Positions 1 to 9,800 of a DNA stretch of 64,000 nt are shown one piece after another (position 1 is the first letter of the stretch; each line of letters begins with the position of its first letter). Source of the stretch: Candidatus Aminicenantes bacterium. Lineage in GTDB: Bacteria; Acidobacteriota; Aminicenantia; Aminicenantales; Saccharicenantaceae. Location: assembly GCA_963807525.1 (NCBI GenBank), contig CAWECI010000017.1:88578-152577 (forward strand). The letters are read 5' to 3'. Made by a program: the position numbers and the translations under genes. The notes beneath the pieces were generated by a model, which was given only the letters and a program-made list of their open reading frames with translations, had not been told where the DNA came from and did no database searches.

Positions 1-2
1 TG

Positions 3-776
3 AGCCGCGACGAGGTCCTGGACCGGCTCGGCTCGACCGTCGCCACTTACGAGAACGCCCCCGGGCGCCGCCATCAATCGGCCGCCCTGTCGAGCCTCGA
101 CACGTGGACGGGCTTTTTCGGCCGCAACGAGCACGCCGCCGGCACGACGATCTCTTATTACGACATCGGTTGCGGATTGGGGCTCCTGCTGGACCTCAAG
201 ATCCGCGAGGCCTCGAAGGGGCGCGCCTCGCTCGACGACGTCATGCGGACGCTCTTCCGGACGTTCGCCAAAGAGAAGAAGCGCGGCTTCACCGACGCGG
301 AGTTCCGGACCGTCTGCGAGCGGGCGGCCGGGGTGCCCCTGCAGGAGATCTTTGACGTCTATGCCGCGACCACTGAAAAGTGGGATTATGCCAAGTACCT
401 CGGCTATGCCGGCCTCGACATCGACCTCGAGCCGCGGCCCGCGGCGGGTCCTTGGTTCGGGGCCTCGACCGTGGACCAGAGCGGCGACGTCGTGGTCGCG
501 GCCGTCGAGTTGGATTCGCCCGCCTCGACCGCCGGCCTTTCGGCCCAGGACGAGATCCTGGCCATCGACGGGACGCGCGTCTCCCAGAGGTCCCTCGCGG
601 CGACGCTCGCCGGCCATAAGGCTGGCGAAAAGATCCAGGTCCTTTATTCGAGGCGCGGCGGGGTGCGCGAGACGGACGTCGTGTTGGGAGCCAAGGCCGA
701 GCCGACCTACAAGATCAGGGCCCTGCCCGATCCGACGCCGGAGCAGAAAGCGGCCCTCGATGCCTGGCTCAGATAG
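3..776 (+). CDS. M61-family metallopeptidase (glycyl-aminopeptidase-like), C-terminal portion with PDZ domain; 5' end outside window
   Basis: Frame-3 reading frame is open from the window edge to TAG 774-776. A PDZ-like block (VVAAVELDSPASTAGLSAQDEILAIDGTRV) lies near the C-terminus, preceded by sequence I associate with M61 peptidases. The catalytic region would lie upstream of the window. Confidence 0.75.
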   Translation, partial: SRDEVLDRLGSTVATYENAPGRRHQSAALSSLDTWTGFFGRNEHAAGTTISYYDIGCGLGLLLDLKIREASKGRASLDDVMRTLFRTFAKEKKRGFTDAEFRTVCERAAGVPLQEIFDVYAATTEKWDYAKYLGYAGLDIDLEPRPAAGPWFGASTVDQSGDVVVAAVELDSPASTAGLSAQDEILAIDGTRVSQRSLAATLAGHKAGEKIQVLYSRRGGVRETDVVLGAKAEPTYKIRALPDPTPEQKAALDAWLR

Positions 777-835
777 CATAACGCTGCCCTGGCCATCGAA
801 CGTAGCGGCAAGTGTCTGAGAGGGTAAAGAACAAG

Positions 836-910
836 TGCCCCTGGCCTGACTCGAACAGGCGACAAACAGATTAGGAATCTGCTGCTCTATCCATACTGAG
901 CTACAGGGGC
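836..910 (-). tRNA. tRNA-Arg (anticodon CCT)
   Basis: The reverse complement GCCCCTGTAGCTCAGTATGGATAGAGCAGCAGATTCCTAATCTGTTTGTCGCCTGTTCGAGTCAGGCCAGGGGCA folds as a cloverleaf. Acceptor stem GCCCCTG/CAGGGGC; anticodon stem GCAGA/TCTGT with loop TTCCTAA; T-arm GCCTG-TTCGAGT-CAGGC; discriminator A. No CCA is encoded. Confidence 0.92.
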
Positions 911-929
911 ACTCAGGGAAAGCGCCCTT

Positions 930-958
930 ACTATAGCCGAAGCCCGGGGCCTTTTCAA
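930..958 (-). promoter_or_regulatory. Sigma70-like promoter for tRNA-Arg (TTGAAA-N17-TATAGT)
   Basis: On the minus strand, -35 TTGAAA (953-958) and -10 TATAGT (930-935) are separated by 17 nt, about 20 nt upstream of the tRNA 5' end at 910. Confidence 0.45.
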
Positions 959-1031
959 TGCGCCGCGGGCCTTTCGGGAGCCGGGAACCGGGACGCCGGG
1001 ATGCGGCGAGAACGTCGAGGATACACCGCCC

Positions 1032-1868
1032 TCAAAGGCGCGGCCGGCGTTGGCATTGCGGGCAAAAGTGGCTCGACCGGCCGCCGACGCGCTTCATCTT
1101 GACGAGCGTGCCGCAAACCAGGCAAGGCTCCCCCGTCCGGCCATAGACCTTGTGGTCGAACTGGAATTCGCCGGCGTTCCCGGCCGCGTCACGGTAGCCC
1201 GCATCGGCGAGCGTCGAGCCGCCGGCCTCGACCGCCGCGGCCAGGATCTTCCGCAGGGACCGATAAAGCCGCTCGACCGGATCCGCCCGCAGCGACGACG
1301 CCGGCGTCTCGGGATGGATCCGGGCCTCAAAGAGGGTCTCGTCGGCGTAGATATTGCCCACCCCGGCGAGGCGGGCCTGGTCGAGGAGCACGCTCTTGAT
1401 CCGGCCGCGGCGGGCCTTGAGGATGGTCCGGAACTCCGGCAGGCCGACCTCGAGGGGCTCGGGGCCGAGGCCGCTGAGCTCCGCGCAGGCCTTCTCCGGC
1501 TCGCCCTCGAGGCAGAGCAGGAAACCGAATTTCCGGACGTCGCGGAACCGCAGCTCCTGCCGCCCGTCCCCGAAGCGGATGACCAGGCGAACGTGCTTGT
1601 CGCGCGGCGTCGCTTCCGCGGCGAAGAAGAACTGGCCGGTCATCTTGAGATGGAAGACGAGCGTCCGGGCGCCCTCGCATTCGATGAGGAGCATCTTGCC
1701 GCGGCGCCGGACCCCGAGGACCCGGCGGCCGCGCAGGGCTTGGAGCGCTTTCCGGCCGCCCGTCCGGAGCAGCGGGCCGTAGATCAAATCGATCCCGGCG
1801 ACGGATCGCCCCTTGAGGCGCGGGGCGAGCGACCGGGCGATCGTTTCGACCTCGGGCAGCTCGGGCAT
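1032..1868 (-). CDS. mutM: Formamidopyrimidine-DNA glycosylase (Fpg/MutM)
   Basis: N-terminus MPELPEVETIARSL (catalytic Pro2) and C-terminal zinc finger CLVCGTLVKMKRVGGRSSHFCPQC. I moved the start from the ORF-track ATG at 1886 to the ATG at 1868 that gives MPELPEV. Confidence 0.93.
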   Translation of the reverse strand: MPELPEVETIARSLAPRLKGRSVAGIDLIYGPLLRTGGRKALQALRGRRVLGVRRRGKMLLIECEGARTLVFHLKMTGQFFFAAEATPRDKHVRLVIRFGDGRQELRFRDVRKFGFLLCLEGEPEKACAELSGLGPEPLEVGLPEFRTILKARRGRIKSVLLDQARLAGVGNIYADETLFEARIHPETPASSLRADPVERLYRSLRKILAAAVEAGGSTLADAGYRDAAGNAGEFQFDHKVYGRTGEPCLVCGTLVKMKRVGGRSSHFCPQCQRRPRL

Positions 1869-1905
1869 GCGCCCATTATATCCCAAGGCCGAAGGGTATC
1901 GTTGA

Positions 1906-1938
1906 GGGGGTGACGCCGAGGGAGGAAGAGCCCCGAGC
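1906..1938. repeat. 33-bp perfect direct repeat, copy 1 (GGGGGTGACGCCGAGGGAGGAAGAGCCCCGAGC)
   Basis: Identical 33-mer at 1906-1938 and 2028-2060, inside the 269-bp divergent intergenic region between mutM and the 2138 membrane-protein gene. Confidence 0.9.
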
Positions 1939-2027
1939 GCGAGGGGCGATGACGCAACGGCGTGGGGGTCCCCCGCCTGCGCGGAGGCGCTGATGCCAAG
2001 GAGCGCTTTGGAGCGCCGAGCACAGCC

Positions 2028-2060
2028 GGGGGTGACGCCGAGGGAGGAAGAGCCCCGAGC
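2028..2060. repeat. 33-bp perfect direct repeat, copy 2
   Basis: Same 33-mer as 1906-1938, offset by 122 bp. Degenerate similarity continues for about 30 nt after each copy (GCGAGGGGCG...GGGGGTCCCCC versus GCAGGGCGGGTCCCC). Confidence 0.9.
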
Positions 2061-2137
2061 ATCGCAGGGCGGGTCCCCGAGAGGACATCCGAGGCCGAAC
2101 TTGATTTGCCTGCGGGATTCGATTAAGATGCCTATCT

Positions 2138-2506
2138 ATGAAAATCAAGGGCTTCATCGCCATGATCCTGGGCTGGGCCGTGCCCGGCCTCGGCCACGCC
2201 ATCCAGAAGAAGTACGCCCGGGCCGCCCTCTTCTTCATTTCGATCTTCGCCATGACCAGCCTCGGCCTGATCATGGGCGGCCGGATCTACCCCTTCCAGA
2301 CGGACAATCCCCTGACCATCCTGGCCTTCTTCGCCGACCTCGGCAACGGGCTCTTCTACGGCTTGACTCGCTACGTCCACTGGGGCGGCGGGTCCCTGGA
2401 GCGGGCCACCTTCGAGTTCGGCACGGCCTATATCGCCGGGGCGGGCCTCCTCAATTTCCTCATCGCGCTCGACGCCTTCGACATCGGGGCCGGGAAGAAA
2501 TCATGA
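2138..2506 (+). CDS. Hypothetical integral membrane protein (3-4 predicted TM segments)
   Basis: ATG ORF of 122 aa with hydrophobic segments (GFIAMILGWAVPGLGHAIQ, AALFFISIFAMTSLGLIMGG, AGAGLLNFLIALDAF). Its stop overlaps the next start (ATGA). Confidence 0.6.
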   Translation: MKIKGFIAMILGWAVPGLGHAIQKKYARAALFFISIFAMTSLGLIMGGRIYPFQTDNPLTILAFFADLGNGLFYGLTRYVHWGGGSLERATFEFGTAYIAGAGLLNFLIALDAFDIGAGKKS

Positions 2507-2685
2507 TCCTCGAAAGCCATCTCCTCTCGATGATCATCTACGCCTTCTTCGTGGCCCTCGTCCTGTCGCTCATCCGCCGGGCGAACCTCAAGGAGCGCCT
2601 CCGTTACGGCCTGCTCCTCTTCGCCGTCATGACCGCCGGCGCCATCGTCTTCGGCTGGCTCATGTTCCTGTTCGTCAAGAAATAG
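2503..2685 (+). CDS. Small hypothetical membrane protein (60 aa, 2 TM)
   Basis: The ATG at 2503 overlaps the upstream TGA (ATGA coupling). The product MILESHLLSMIIYAFFVALVLSLIRR...LLLFAVMTAGAIVFGWLMFLFVKK is the only plausible part of the ORF-track entry 1993..2685. Confidence 0.5.
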   Translation: MILESHLLSMIIYAFFVALVLSLIRRANLKERLRYGLLLFAVMTAGAIVFGWLMFLFVKK

Positions 2686-2739
2686 AGGCCGCCTCCGGGC
2701 CGGCGCCTGGGGTGGCCCGGACCTACAGGGGGGAGGATA

Positions 2740-3093
2740 ATGGACAAAGGCTCATATCAGCTCCCCTTCGAGATCGAGTGCCATAAGCAGAAGGACCACT
2801 TCGAGTTCTGCCGGGTCTTTTTTAAGCGCGCTTCGCCATTCCCCAGATACCTTCTCTTCGGGATGGACAACGGACATTTCGCTCCCTATAAGCAGTTCAT
2901 GGAAGATAACGCGGGGATGGTCGTCAACCGGTCCGACAAGCTGAATATACACGTGAGCAACAAGAGGACCCTCAAGAATACATGCCTGGTCGTCGATCTT
3001 GAGCCCTACTGGCCGGCTGACTTGGGCCCTGGCGAAATAAAGGCCAGCCTCGCCGAGATCGACATAACGACGGCGATCAGAGGACTGATATGA
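2740..3093 (+). CDS. Orphan hypothetical protein (117 aa) in a lower-G+C patch
   Basis: ATG preceded by GGGGGGAGGATA (strong SD). The frame stays open through AT-richer DNA, about 55% G+C by hand count over 2761-3060. I recognise no family. Confidence 0.5.
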   Translation: MDKGSYQLPFEIECHKQKDHFEFCRVFFKRASPFPRYLLFGMDNGHFAPYKQFMEDNAGMVVNRSDKLNIHVSNKRTLKNTCLVVDLEPYWPADLGPGEIKASLAEIDITTAIRGLI

Positions 3094-3231
3094 GGCGAGT
3101 GGGCCCGGGCCGGAGCGCGCCCGTCGTGAGGTGCTAGCCTCAACCTCGACCCGAGGTCCGGCTCCTCATCTGCTCTCATCTGCACGATGACGACCCTCAA
3201 TGAGTTATGCTAGAATCGTCCCAGATATAGA

Positions 3232-3900
3232 ATGATCGAGCTGTTTCACATCTGGAAGCAATACCAGAAACCTTACTGGGCGCTCTCCGACGTCACCCTC
3301 CAGATCAAGGACGGCGACTTCTATTTCATCACTGGGCCGAGCGGCTCGGGCAAGACGACCCTCCTCAAGACGATCTTCCGCGAGATCCTGCCGACCGAGG
3401 GCCAGATCCTGGTCAACGGCGTCAACATCCTCAAAGTGCCCGACAACCGGATCTACACGCTGCGGCGGACCATGGGCATCGTTTTCCAGGACTTCCGGCT
3501 CATGTTCCACAAGAGCGTCTTCGAGAACGTGGCCGTGCCCCTCCAGGTCATCGGCGTCGGCCGCAAGGAGATCCGGCGCCGCGTCTTCAACACGCTCCAG
3601 AAGGTCAACCTCCATCAGAAGATGTGGGAGCTGCCGGGCCGGCTGTCGTACGGCGAGCAACAGCGGGTGGCCATCGCCCGGGCCGTTGTCAACAATCCCG
3701 AGATCATCCTGGCCGACGAGCCGACCGGCAACCTCGACCCGGAGCTGGCCTTCGAGATCATCACCCTGTTCAAGGAGATCAACAAGCAGGGCGCGACGGT
3801 GATCATCGGCAGCCATGACCGCGAGCTCATCCGCCATTTCGGCGACAACATCCTGTTTCTTCAGAAGGGCAAGATCGTCGGCAAAGAGGCCCACAGGTGA
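3232..3900 (+). CDS. ftsE: Cell-division ABC ATPase FtsE
   Basis: Walker [10 protein letters not shown], signature LSYGEQQRV and Walker [13 protein letters not shown]; about 220 aa. Its stop overlaps the ftsX start (GTGA). Confidence 0.93.
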   Translation: MIELFHIWKQYQKPYWALSDVTLQIKDGDFYFITGPSGSGKTTLLKTIFREILPTEGQILVNGVNILKVPDNRIYTLRRTMGIVFQDFRLMFHKSVFENVAVPLQVIGVGRKEIRRRVFNTLQKVNLHQKMWELPGRLSYGEQQRVAIARAVVNNPEIILADEPTGNLDPELAFEIITLFKEINKQGATVIIGSHDRELIRHFGDNILFLQKGKIVGKEAHR

Positions 3901-4793
3901 TCGAGAAGCTGAAGTTCTTCCTGAACGTCACGGGCAACAACCTGTGGCAGTTCCGGACCCGCAACCTCTTTTCGGTGACCATCATCTGCCTGTCGTTCCT
4001 CACGGTCGGCATCTTCCTCTCGCTCTCGAACAACCTGAAGGCCACAGCCCGGGAGCTGGCGACCAATATGAGCATCGCCTTTTATCTCGACGCCAAGGCC
4101 ACGCCGGAGACGGTGGAGGCGATCCGCCAGGAGATCGGCCGCCCGGCCTTCGTGGCCTCGGTCAAGCTGGTGACCCCCGACGAGGCCCTGGAGCGGTTCC
4201 GGACGAGCTTCCCCGAGCTCGCCGACATGGCCGCCGGCCTCAAGGCGAACCCGTTTCCCCCATCGCTCGAGCTCCGGGTCAAGGCCAAGGCTTCGGCGTC
4301 GAAGGAGGTCCTGGCCTTCGTCGAGGGGATGAAGAAACGCCCCGGGGTCGTCGACGTCCTGTTCAACCAGGAGTGGGTCGAGAGGATGCAGGGTTTCAGC
4401 CGCCTGGCCGGGGCCGTCGGGGCCTTTCTCGGCGGGATCCTGATCCTCACCTCCTTCTTCATCATCTCCAACGTCGTCAAGCTGAACGTCTTTGCCCGGA
4501 AAAACGAGATCGAGATCCTGCGCTTCGTGGGCGGCACGAACCTCTTCATCCGCATCCCCTTCTGGCTCGAGGGCATCACCCTGGGCCTCCTCGGCAGCCT
4601 GCTGTCCCTCGGCTTGCTGTTCATCGTCATCAACCTCTTCCCCGTCTACCTGGGGACGACGCTGGGGGCGCTCCAGCAGCTCCTGCGATTCCGCTATCCG
4701 GATCTGGCCCAGGCGCTGGCCCTGCTCGGCGGCGGGGCGGCCACGGGGTTCATCGGCAGCGCGACCTCGGTCTCGAAATTCTTAAAGGTCTAA
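3897..4793 (+). CDS. ftsX: Cell-division permease-like protein FtsX
   Basis: GTG start overlapping the ftsE stop. One N-terminal TM, a large periplasmic loop, then a C-terminal FtsX-type 3-TM bundle (FLGGILILTSFFIISNVV..., RFVGGTNLFIRIPFWLEG). Confidence 0.9.
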   Translation: MIEKLKFFLNVTGNNLWQFRTRNLFSVTIICLSFLTVGIFLSLSNNLKATARELATNMSIAFYLDAKATPETVEAIRQEIGRPAFVASVKLVTPDEALERFRTSFPELADMAAGLKANPFPPSLELRVKAKASASKEVLAFVEGMKKRPGVVDVLFNQEWVERMQGFSRLAGAVGAFLGGILILTSFFIISNVVKLNVFARKNEIEILRFVGGTNLFIRIPFWLEGITLGLLGSLLSLGLLFIVINLFPVYLGTTLGALQQLLRFRYPDLAQALALLGGGAATGFIGSATSVSKFLKV

Positions 4794-4881
4794 GACGGGG
4801 TCAAACCTATTTTTCGTTACTTTTGGACCTGACGCGCGAGCGGAGCAAACAAAACTGACGAAAAATCGGTTTGACCCCATC
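4794..4881. repeat. Palindromic intergenic element, GGGGTCAAACC family (copy E1)
   Basis: Arms 4794-4817 (GACGGGGTCAAACCTATTTTTCGT) and 4858-4881 are complementary at 22 of 24 positions, with a 40-nt loop. The element starts 1 nt after the ftsX stop. Confidence 0.8.
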
Positions 4882-4890
4882 TTGAGGCCG

Positions 4891-4920
4891 TTGCGAAGAA
4901 CCCTTGGCTTCTGATAATAT
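4891..4920 (+). promoter_or_regulatory. Sigma70-like promoter TTGCGA-N18-TAATAT, 7 nt upstream of ATG 4928 (possible leaderless rodZ-like transcript)
   Basis: -35 at 4891-4896 and -10 at 4915-4920. There is no SD between the -10 and ATG 4928. Confidence 0.35.
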
Positions 4921-6000
4921 CAGGTCGATGGCTTCGCTGGGTGATTCGCTGCGGGAAGAGCGCGAGGCGCGCAACATCTCCCTCGAGGAGATCGCCTCGG
5001 CCACCAAGATCGTCCCTCGCTATCTCGAGGCGCTCGAAACGGACCGTCTGGACCTGATGCCCGGCGGGTTCTTCGTCAGGGCGATCATCCGTTCGTATGC
5101 CCAGGCCGTCGGTCTCGATCCGGACGAGGTCGTGGAGCGCTACAAGGCGGCCGGGATGCTGGAGCCCCCCGAGCCGTCCAGGGGGATCTTCTCCCGGCGG
5201 GCCGCGCCGGCGCCAGTTCTCGCCGACCAAGCCCCGGCCGTCGCCCCGCCTGTCCCGGTCGAGGCGCCCATTCCCGCCGTTGAGATTCCGGCAAGCATGG
5301 AAAGGCCGGAGCCGGGAGTTCTCTTCGAAGAAGCCGCCGCCAAGCCGGGACGGCCTCTGATGACCCGCCAGCAAATGCGGGTTTGGACTTGGCGCGGGCT
5401 TGCGGCCTTGGGCATCGTCCTGGTGGCCCTGATCCTGTGGTCCCCCTGGCACCGACATCCGGCCCCCATAGGCCGGGGCCCCGTCACGGTTCGGACCCAG
5501 CTCCCGGCGGCGAATCCGGCGGCCAAGCCGGCCGAGAAAACGGTGAAGCCGACGGAAGCGGCCAAGCCTCCGGAAAAGACCCCGACGGAGACCGGCCGAC
5601 AGGCCGCCCAGGCCGTTTCCAAGACCGCGGCCGAAGCGCCCCCGGCCGTCGCCGGGCCGCCCGCACCCAAGCCTGAAGCGGCCGTCCCGCCCCGGCCAGC
5701 GGAGAGATCTGGAAGGGCATCACGATCGAGATCGTCTTCGACTCCGAGACGTCGATCCAGGTTTACGCCGACGGGGCGCTCCGGATCGGCGGGGTCTTCC
5801 CGGTCGGCGCCTCGGCCCGGGCCCAGGCCAACGAGACGCTCCTCATCCATACCGGCAACGCCGGCGGATTCACGTTCAAGCTGAACGGCCGTCCGGCCAA
5901 GCCGCTCGGCGGCCCCGGTCAGGTCCTGACCGACATCAAGATCACGCTCGAGAATCTCAAGGATTTCCTCGAGGCCCCGTCCTCCGGGCCCACGGGCTGA
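4904..6000 (+). pseudogene. rodZ: RodZ-like cytoskeleton protein (HTH - TM - Pro-rich linker - DUF4115), reading frame broken once
   Basis: Frame 2 (4904/4928..5884) encodes the HTH (LGDSLREEREARNISLEEIASATKIVPRYLEALE), the TM (GLAALGIVLVALILW) and the P/A/K-rich linker, then runs into Arg/Ser-rich sequence. Frame 1 (open 5677..6000, no start codon) encodes a typical DUF4115 end (GITIEIVFDSETSIQVYADG...FTFKLNGRPAKPLG). A one-base deficit between 5677 and about 5708 joins them. The likely true start is ATG 4928. Confidence 0.75.
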
Positions 6001-6033
6001 TGTCCCGGCCGGACCTTCGAGAGCTCCGAAGCC

Positions 6034-6768
6034 ATGCCCAATGACCAGGCCGAAGCCATCGTCCTGCGGACGTCGAACGTCGGCGACCAGGACAAGATCG
6101 CCGTCTTCTTCTGCCGGGAGAAAGGCATTCTCCGGGGCGTGGCCAAGGGATCCCGCAAGTTCGGCAACCGGTTCGGCAGCAGCCTCGAGCCCCTGTCCGT
6201 CGTCCGCGTGTTCTATTACGAGAAGGAGCGGCGCGACCTCATCACCGTCTCCGGCTGCGACCTCATGGAGTCCTTCTTCGAAATGCAGGCCGAACCGGCC
6301 ACCGCCTTTCTCTTGACCTACTTCGCCGAGCTCGTCGAGGAGTTCGCTCCAACCCGGGCCCGGGAGGACGTCCTTTACCGGCTGCTCCTGTCGGTGCTCC
6401 GCTGCCTCAAGGAGGGCGGCGACCGGGAGTTCGCGGCGGCCTATTTCGAGGCCTGGTTCCTCCAGGCCAACGGCCTGCTGCCGGACCTGGCCCGCTGCGC
6501 CAGGTGCCGTAAGGCCCTCGACCGGGGCTGGGTTGGCCCCAAGAGGGACGGGGCCTATTGCCCGGATTGCGCCCCGGTCAAGAAGGACGAGCTGGCCCCG
6601 GGGATCCAGGATTTCCTCCGCTGGGTGCGCAAGAACCCGCCGCCGGGGGCTGGCGCCCCGCTTTTCCCGCCGGACCGGATCGCGGCCATCCGCCGGACGC
6701 TCCAGGCTCTCATCATCTATCATATGGAGCGGGAGCCAAAGAGCCTGCATTTCCTCAAGACGAAGTGA
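6034..6768 (+). CDS. recO: DNA repair protein RecO
   Basis: N-terminal OB-fold pattern (AIVLRTSNVGDQDKIAVFFCREKGILRGVAKG) and a C-terminal CxxC...CxxC zinc motif (CARCRK...YCPDC); 244 aa. Confidence 0.9.
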   Translation: MPNDQAEAIVLRTSNVGDQDKIAVFFCREKGILRGVAKGSRKFGNRFGSSLEPLSVVRVFYYEKERRDLITVSGCDLMESFFEMQAEPATAFLLTYFAELVEEFAPTRAREDVLYRLLLSVLRCLKEGGDREFAAAYFEAWFLQANGLLPDLARCARCRKALDRGWVGPKRDGAYCPDCAPVKKDELAPGIQDFLRWVRKNPPPGAGAPLFPPDRIAAIRRTLQALIIYHMEREPKSLHFLKTK

Positions 6769-6853
6769 ACCGGTTTTTGCTATAATTGGGGGAACGCTTT
6801 CGGAGAACTCGCAGTTTTCATGGACGTGGCCTGAACCGACAGAGGAGGCTTGA

Positions 6854-9800
6854 TTGAAAAAAGCTGTGCTGGTGATCCTTGGTCTGATATTCGCGCTATC
6901 CCTGTCGGCCGATGTCCGGACGGGCCAGATCCGGGGCCGGGTCGTCGATAAGACCGGCAAGCCGGTCGCCGGCGTCAAGGTGACCTTGATGCGCCCGCAG
7001 GCGGCCAGCCAGACGGTCGCCACGGACGCGTCGGGCCTCTTCCGCTTCCCGGCCGTCTTCCCGGGCGCGGACTACAGCGTCCAGGCTGAACATCCCGACT
7101 ACAAGACCGCGCTCCGGTCGAACATCACCGTCCCCATGGGCGGCCGGGTCACCGTGACCGTGCCGCTCGAGCTGGGCAAGCCCGAGGAGACCGTCAAAGT
7201 GACGGCCGCGACGCCGGCGATCGACCCCACCAAGTTCACGGCGGGCGCGGCGTTCGGCGCGACCGAGCTCCAGACGCTGCCGACGGCCCGCAGCCCCTGG
7301 GTCATCGTGCCGCTCGCCCCCGGGGTCATGGTCGACCGCGAGGACGTCGGGGGCAGCGAGTCGATCGCCCAGTCCAGCTTCGTCACGCGGGGCGACCTCT
7401 CGAACGGCGCCACCAACACCTGGACCCTCGACGGGGTCAACGTCAGCGATCCCGTCGACCTCGGCCTCGCCGCCGTCCGCTTCGACTTCGACGCCGTCGA
7501 CACCCTCGCGATCACGACCGGCGGGGCCGCGGACGTCACCCAGCAGACCTCCGGCATCGCCGTGAACATCCTGACCCGGCGCGGCGGCAACAAGTTCGCC
7601 GGCCAAGCTCACTTCTATCTGACCGATCACGCCTTTCAGAGCAGCAACATGACCGCGACCCTCCAGGCGGAGGGCGTTAGGGACACGAACAGGATCCAGC
7701 AGATCAAGGATTTCGGGGCCAGCGCCGGCGGTCCCATCGCCAAGAACCATTTTTGGGTGTGGGGGTCTTACGGCGTCCAGGACATTTTCAACTACACGAT
7801 CTACGATACCCCGGACCGGGCCCAGTTCAGCGATTACAGCTTCAAGCTCAACGCCGAGATCTTCAAGGGGAACCGGGCCGAGGCCCTGTTCCTGTCCAGC
7901 TCGGACGAGCGGTTCGGCGTCAACGCCGGGGTCTCCAAGCCCGAGGGCGACCATCAGACGAGCCGGTTCAGCCTGGGCAGCCCCGTCTTCAAGTTCCAGG
8001 ACGAGCAGGTCCTGGGCCGGGCGCTCTACCTCTCCGCGAAGTTCACCTGGATGAACTCCGGCACCACGCTCAGGCCGACGGTCGACGAGGCCATGACGAA
8101 CCCGGTCGTTTTCGACGTCGCCGAGGGGCTCTACGTTCCCTTTTCGAGCGACTTCGGCCGCTCGTGGGACCATAGCCAGGACATCCGGGCGAACAAGGGC
8201 CTGGAGGTCACGGCCACCCTGTTCAAGGACAATGTCCTGGGCATGTCCCACGAGATCAAAGGCGGCCTCTCCTTCGCCCACAAGAAGGTCACGACGGGTT
8301 CGGGCTTCCCGCAGAATTACGAGATCTTCCGCGACTTCACCGAGCCGCTCATCGACTTCGGCGAGGGCCTGGCGGTCCCGACGTCGGAATGGCAGCGCTT
8401 CGTCCTGAACCGGGAGGACCGGCGGATCGACCTGCTCGGCCAGTCTTCGGCGTTCCTGCAGGACACCATCGTCAAGGGCCGGTTCGCCCTGCAGCTGGGC
8501 CTGCGCTACGACGAGCAGAGACCCACCACCGGCGCCTACGCCGTCTCGACCATCCTGTCGGCCTGGTCGAACGTCTTCGACTCCAACACCATGACTTCCC
8601 TGGACACCTATTTCCCGCCGCTGTCCGTCAACGCCGTCGACTCGAAGTACCGGTGGAGCACCTGGTCGCCGCGGGTCGCGCTCAGCTGGGACCTCAAGGG
8701 CGACGGCCGGACCGTCCTGAAGCTCGCCCTGGCCCAGTACGGCAACCTCCTCACGCCGGGCGCCAACGTCACGGCGCCGCTCGGCCTGGCCGGCAACTTC
8801 AACTTCTGGTGGACGGACACCGACGCCGACTCGATAGTCGACCTGACCGAGGTGTACTGGATCTACTCGGCCCTGAGCGCCACGACGCCGAACCAGCTCT
8901 ATGCCCTGTTCGACTCGTCCGGCAAGATCACGGATGCGGCCTCGGCCGCGCTCGTGGGCGGGTTCACGGGCGACGCCTACCTGGCCGGCAACTTCTCCGG
9001 CTACGACTGGAGCGACCGGGAGGCCGTCAACTACGACAACGTGACCACCTTCTACCGGTCCGACGTGGACGCCAATGTCAAGAACATCAAGACCTCGCCC
9101 CGGACCCGCGAGGTCTCCCTGAGCCTCGAGAAGGAGCTGCGGAAGGACCTCGTCGCCTCGATCGGGGCGACGTTCCGGCTCTACGACAACTTCGACTGGG
9201 CCAAGATGTACTATCCGGCCGACATCTACCCGTCGACGCCCGATCTCGTCATCGACAACACGACGGGTCCCTGGTACGCCGTGGCCGGCAGCATCCCCCA
9301 GTCCATCACTTACACCAACAGCAGCGACGACGAGGTGACGATCGATCTCGGCCAGGCGGGCGGCCGGTCCTGGTACCTGCCGGTCTCGACGTTCCCCGGA
9401 TCCACGCCTTACCGGATGATCGACAAGAGCCGCGCCTACCGGACCTATTACGGTCTCGATCTCGGGCTGACCAAGAGGCTTGCCGACCATTGGTTCATGA
9501 ACGCGTCCCTGACGCTCCAGGACCAGCGCGCGCATCTTCGCGATTCCTATATCGACCCGACGAACGTCTGGGCCGTCGACGGCCAGTCGTACGGCAACTG
9601 GGGCGGCAGCTCGGGCGGCAAGATCTCCGCCCTGATGTTCTCCCGTTGGCTGGTCAAGGTCAGCGCGCTCTACCAGCTGCCCTGGGGTTTCGACGTCGCG
9701 GCGACCCTGCACGCCCGGGAAGGCTGGACCGTCCCCCACACCATCACCCTCGCCTATGCCAATGCGGAGTCCTGGCCCGGTCTCTACCGGTCGACCCTCG

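Noticed and set aside
777-1031. tRNA-Arg as a possible integration hotspot (looked for an integrase, direct repeats of the tRNA 3' end, or an island boundary).
   Set aside because: No integrase or recombinase is present and I saw no duplicated tRNA 3' segment. The flanking genes (M61 peptidase, mutM) are ordinary and of native composition.
1906-2060. Whether the 33-bp direct repeat is a minimal CRISPR array.
   Set aside because: There are only two copies, the 89-bp spacer is far longer than CRISPR spacers, similarity extends beyond the repeat, and no cas genes are in the window.
3165-3183. Tandem CTCATCTGC x2 upstream of ftsE.
   Set aside because: It is a 9-mer with two copies and could easily arise by chance.
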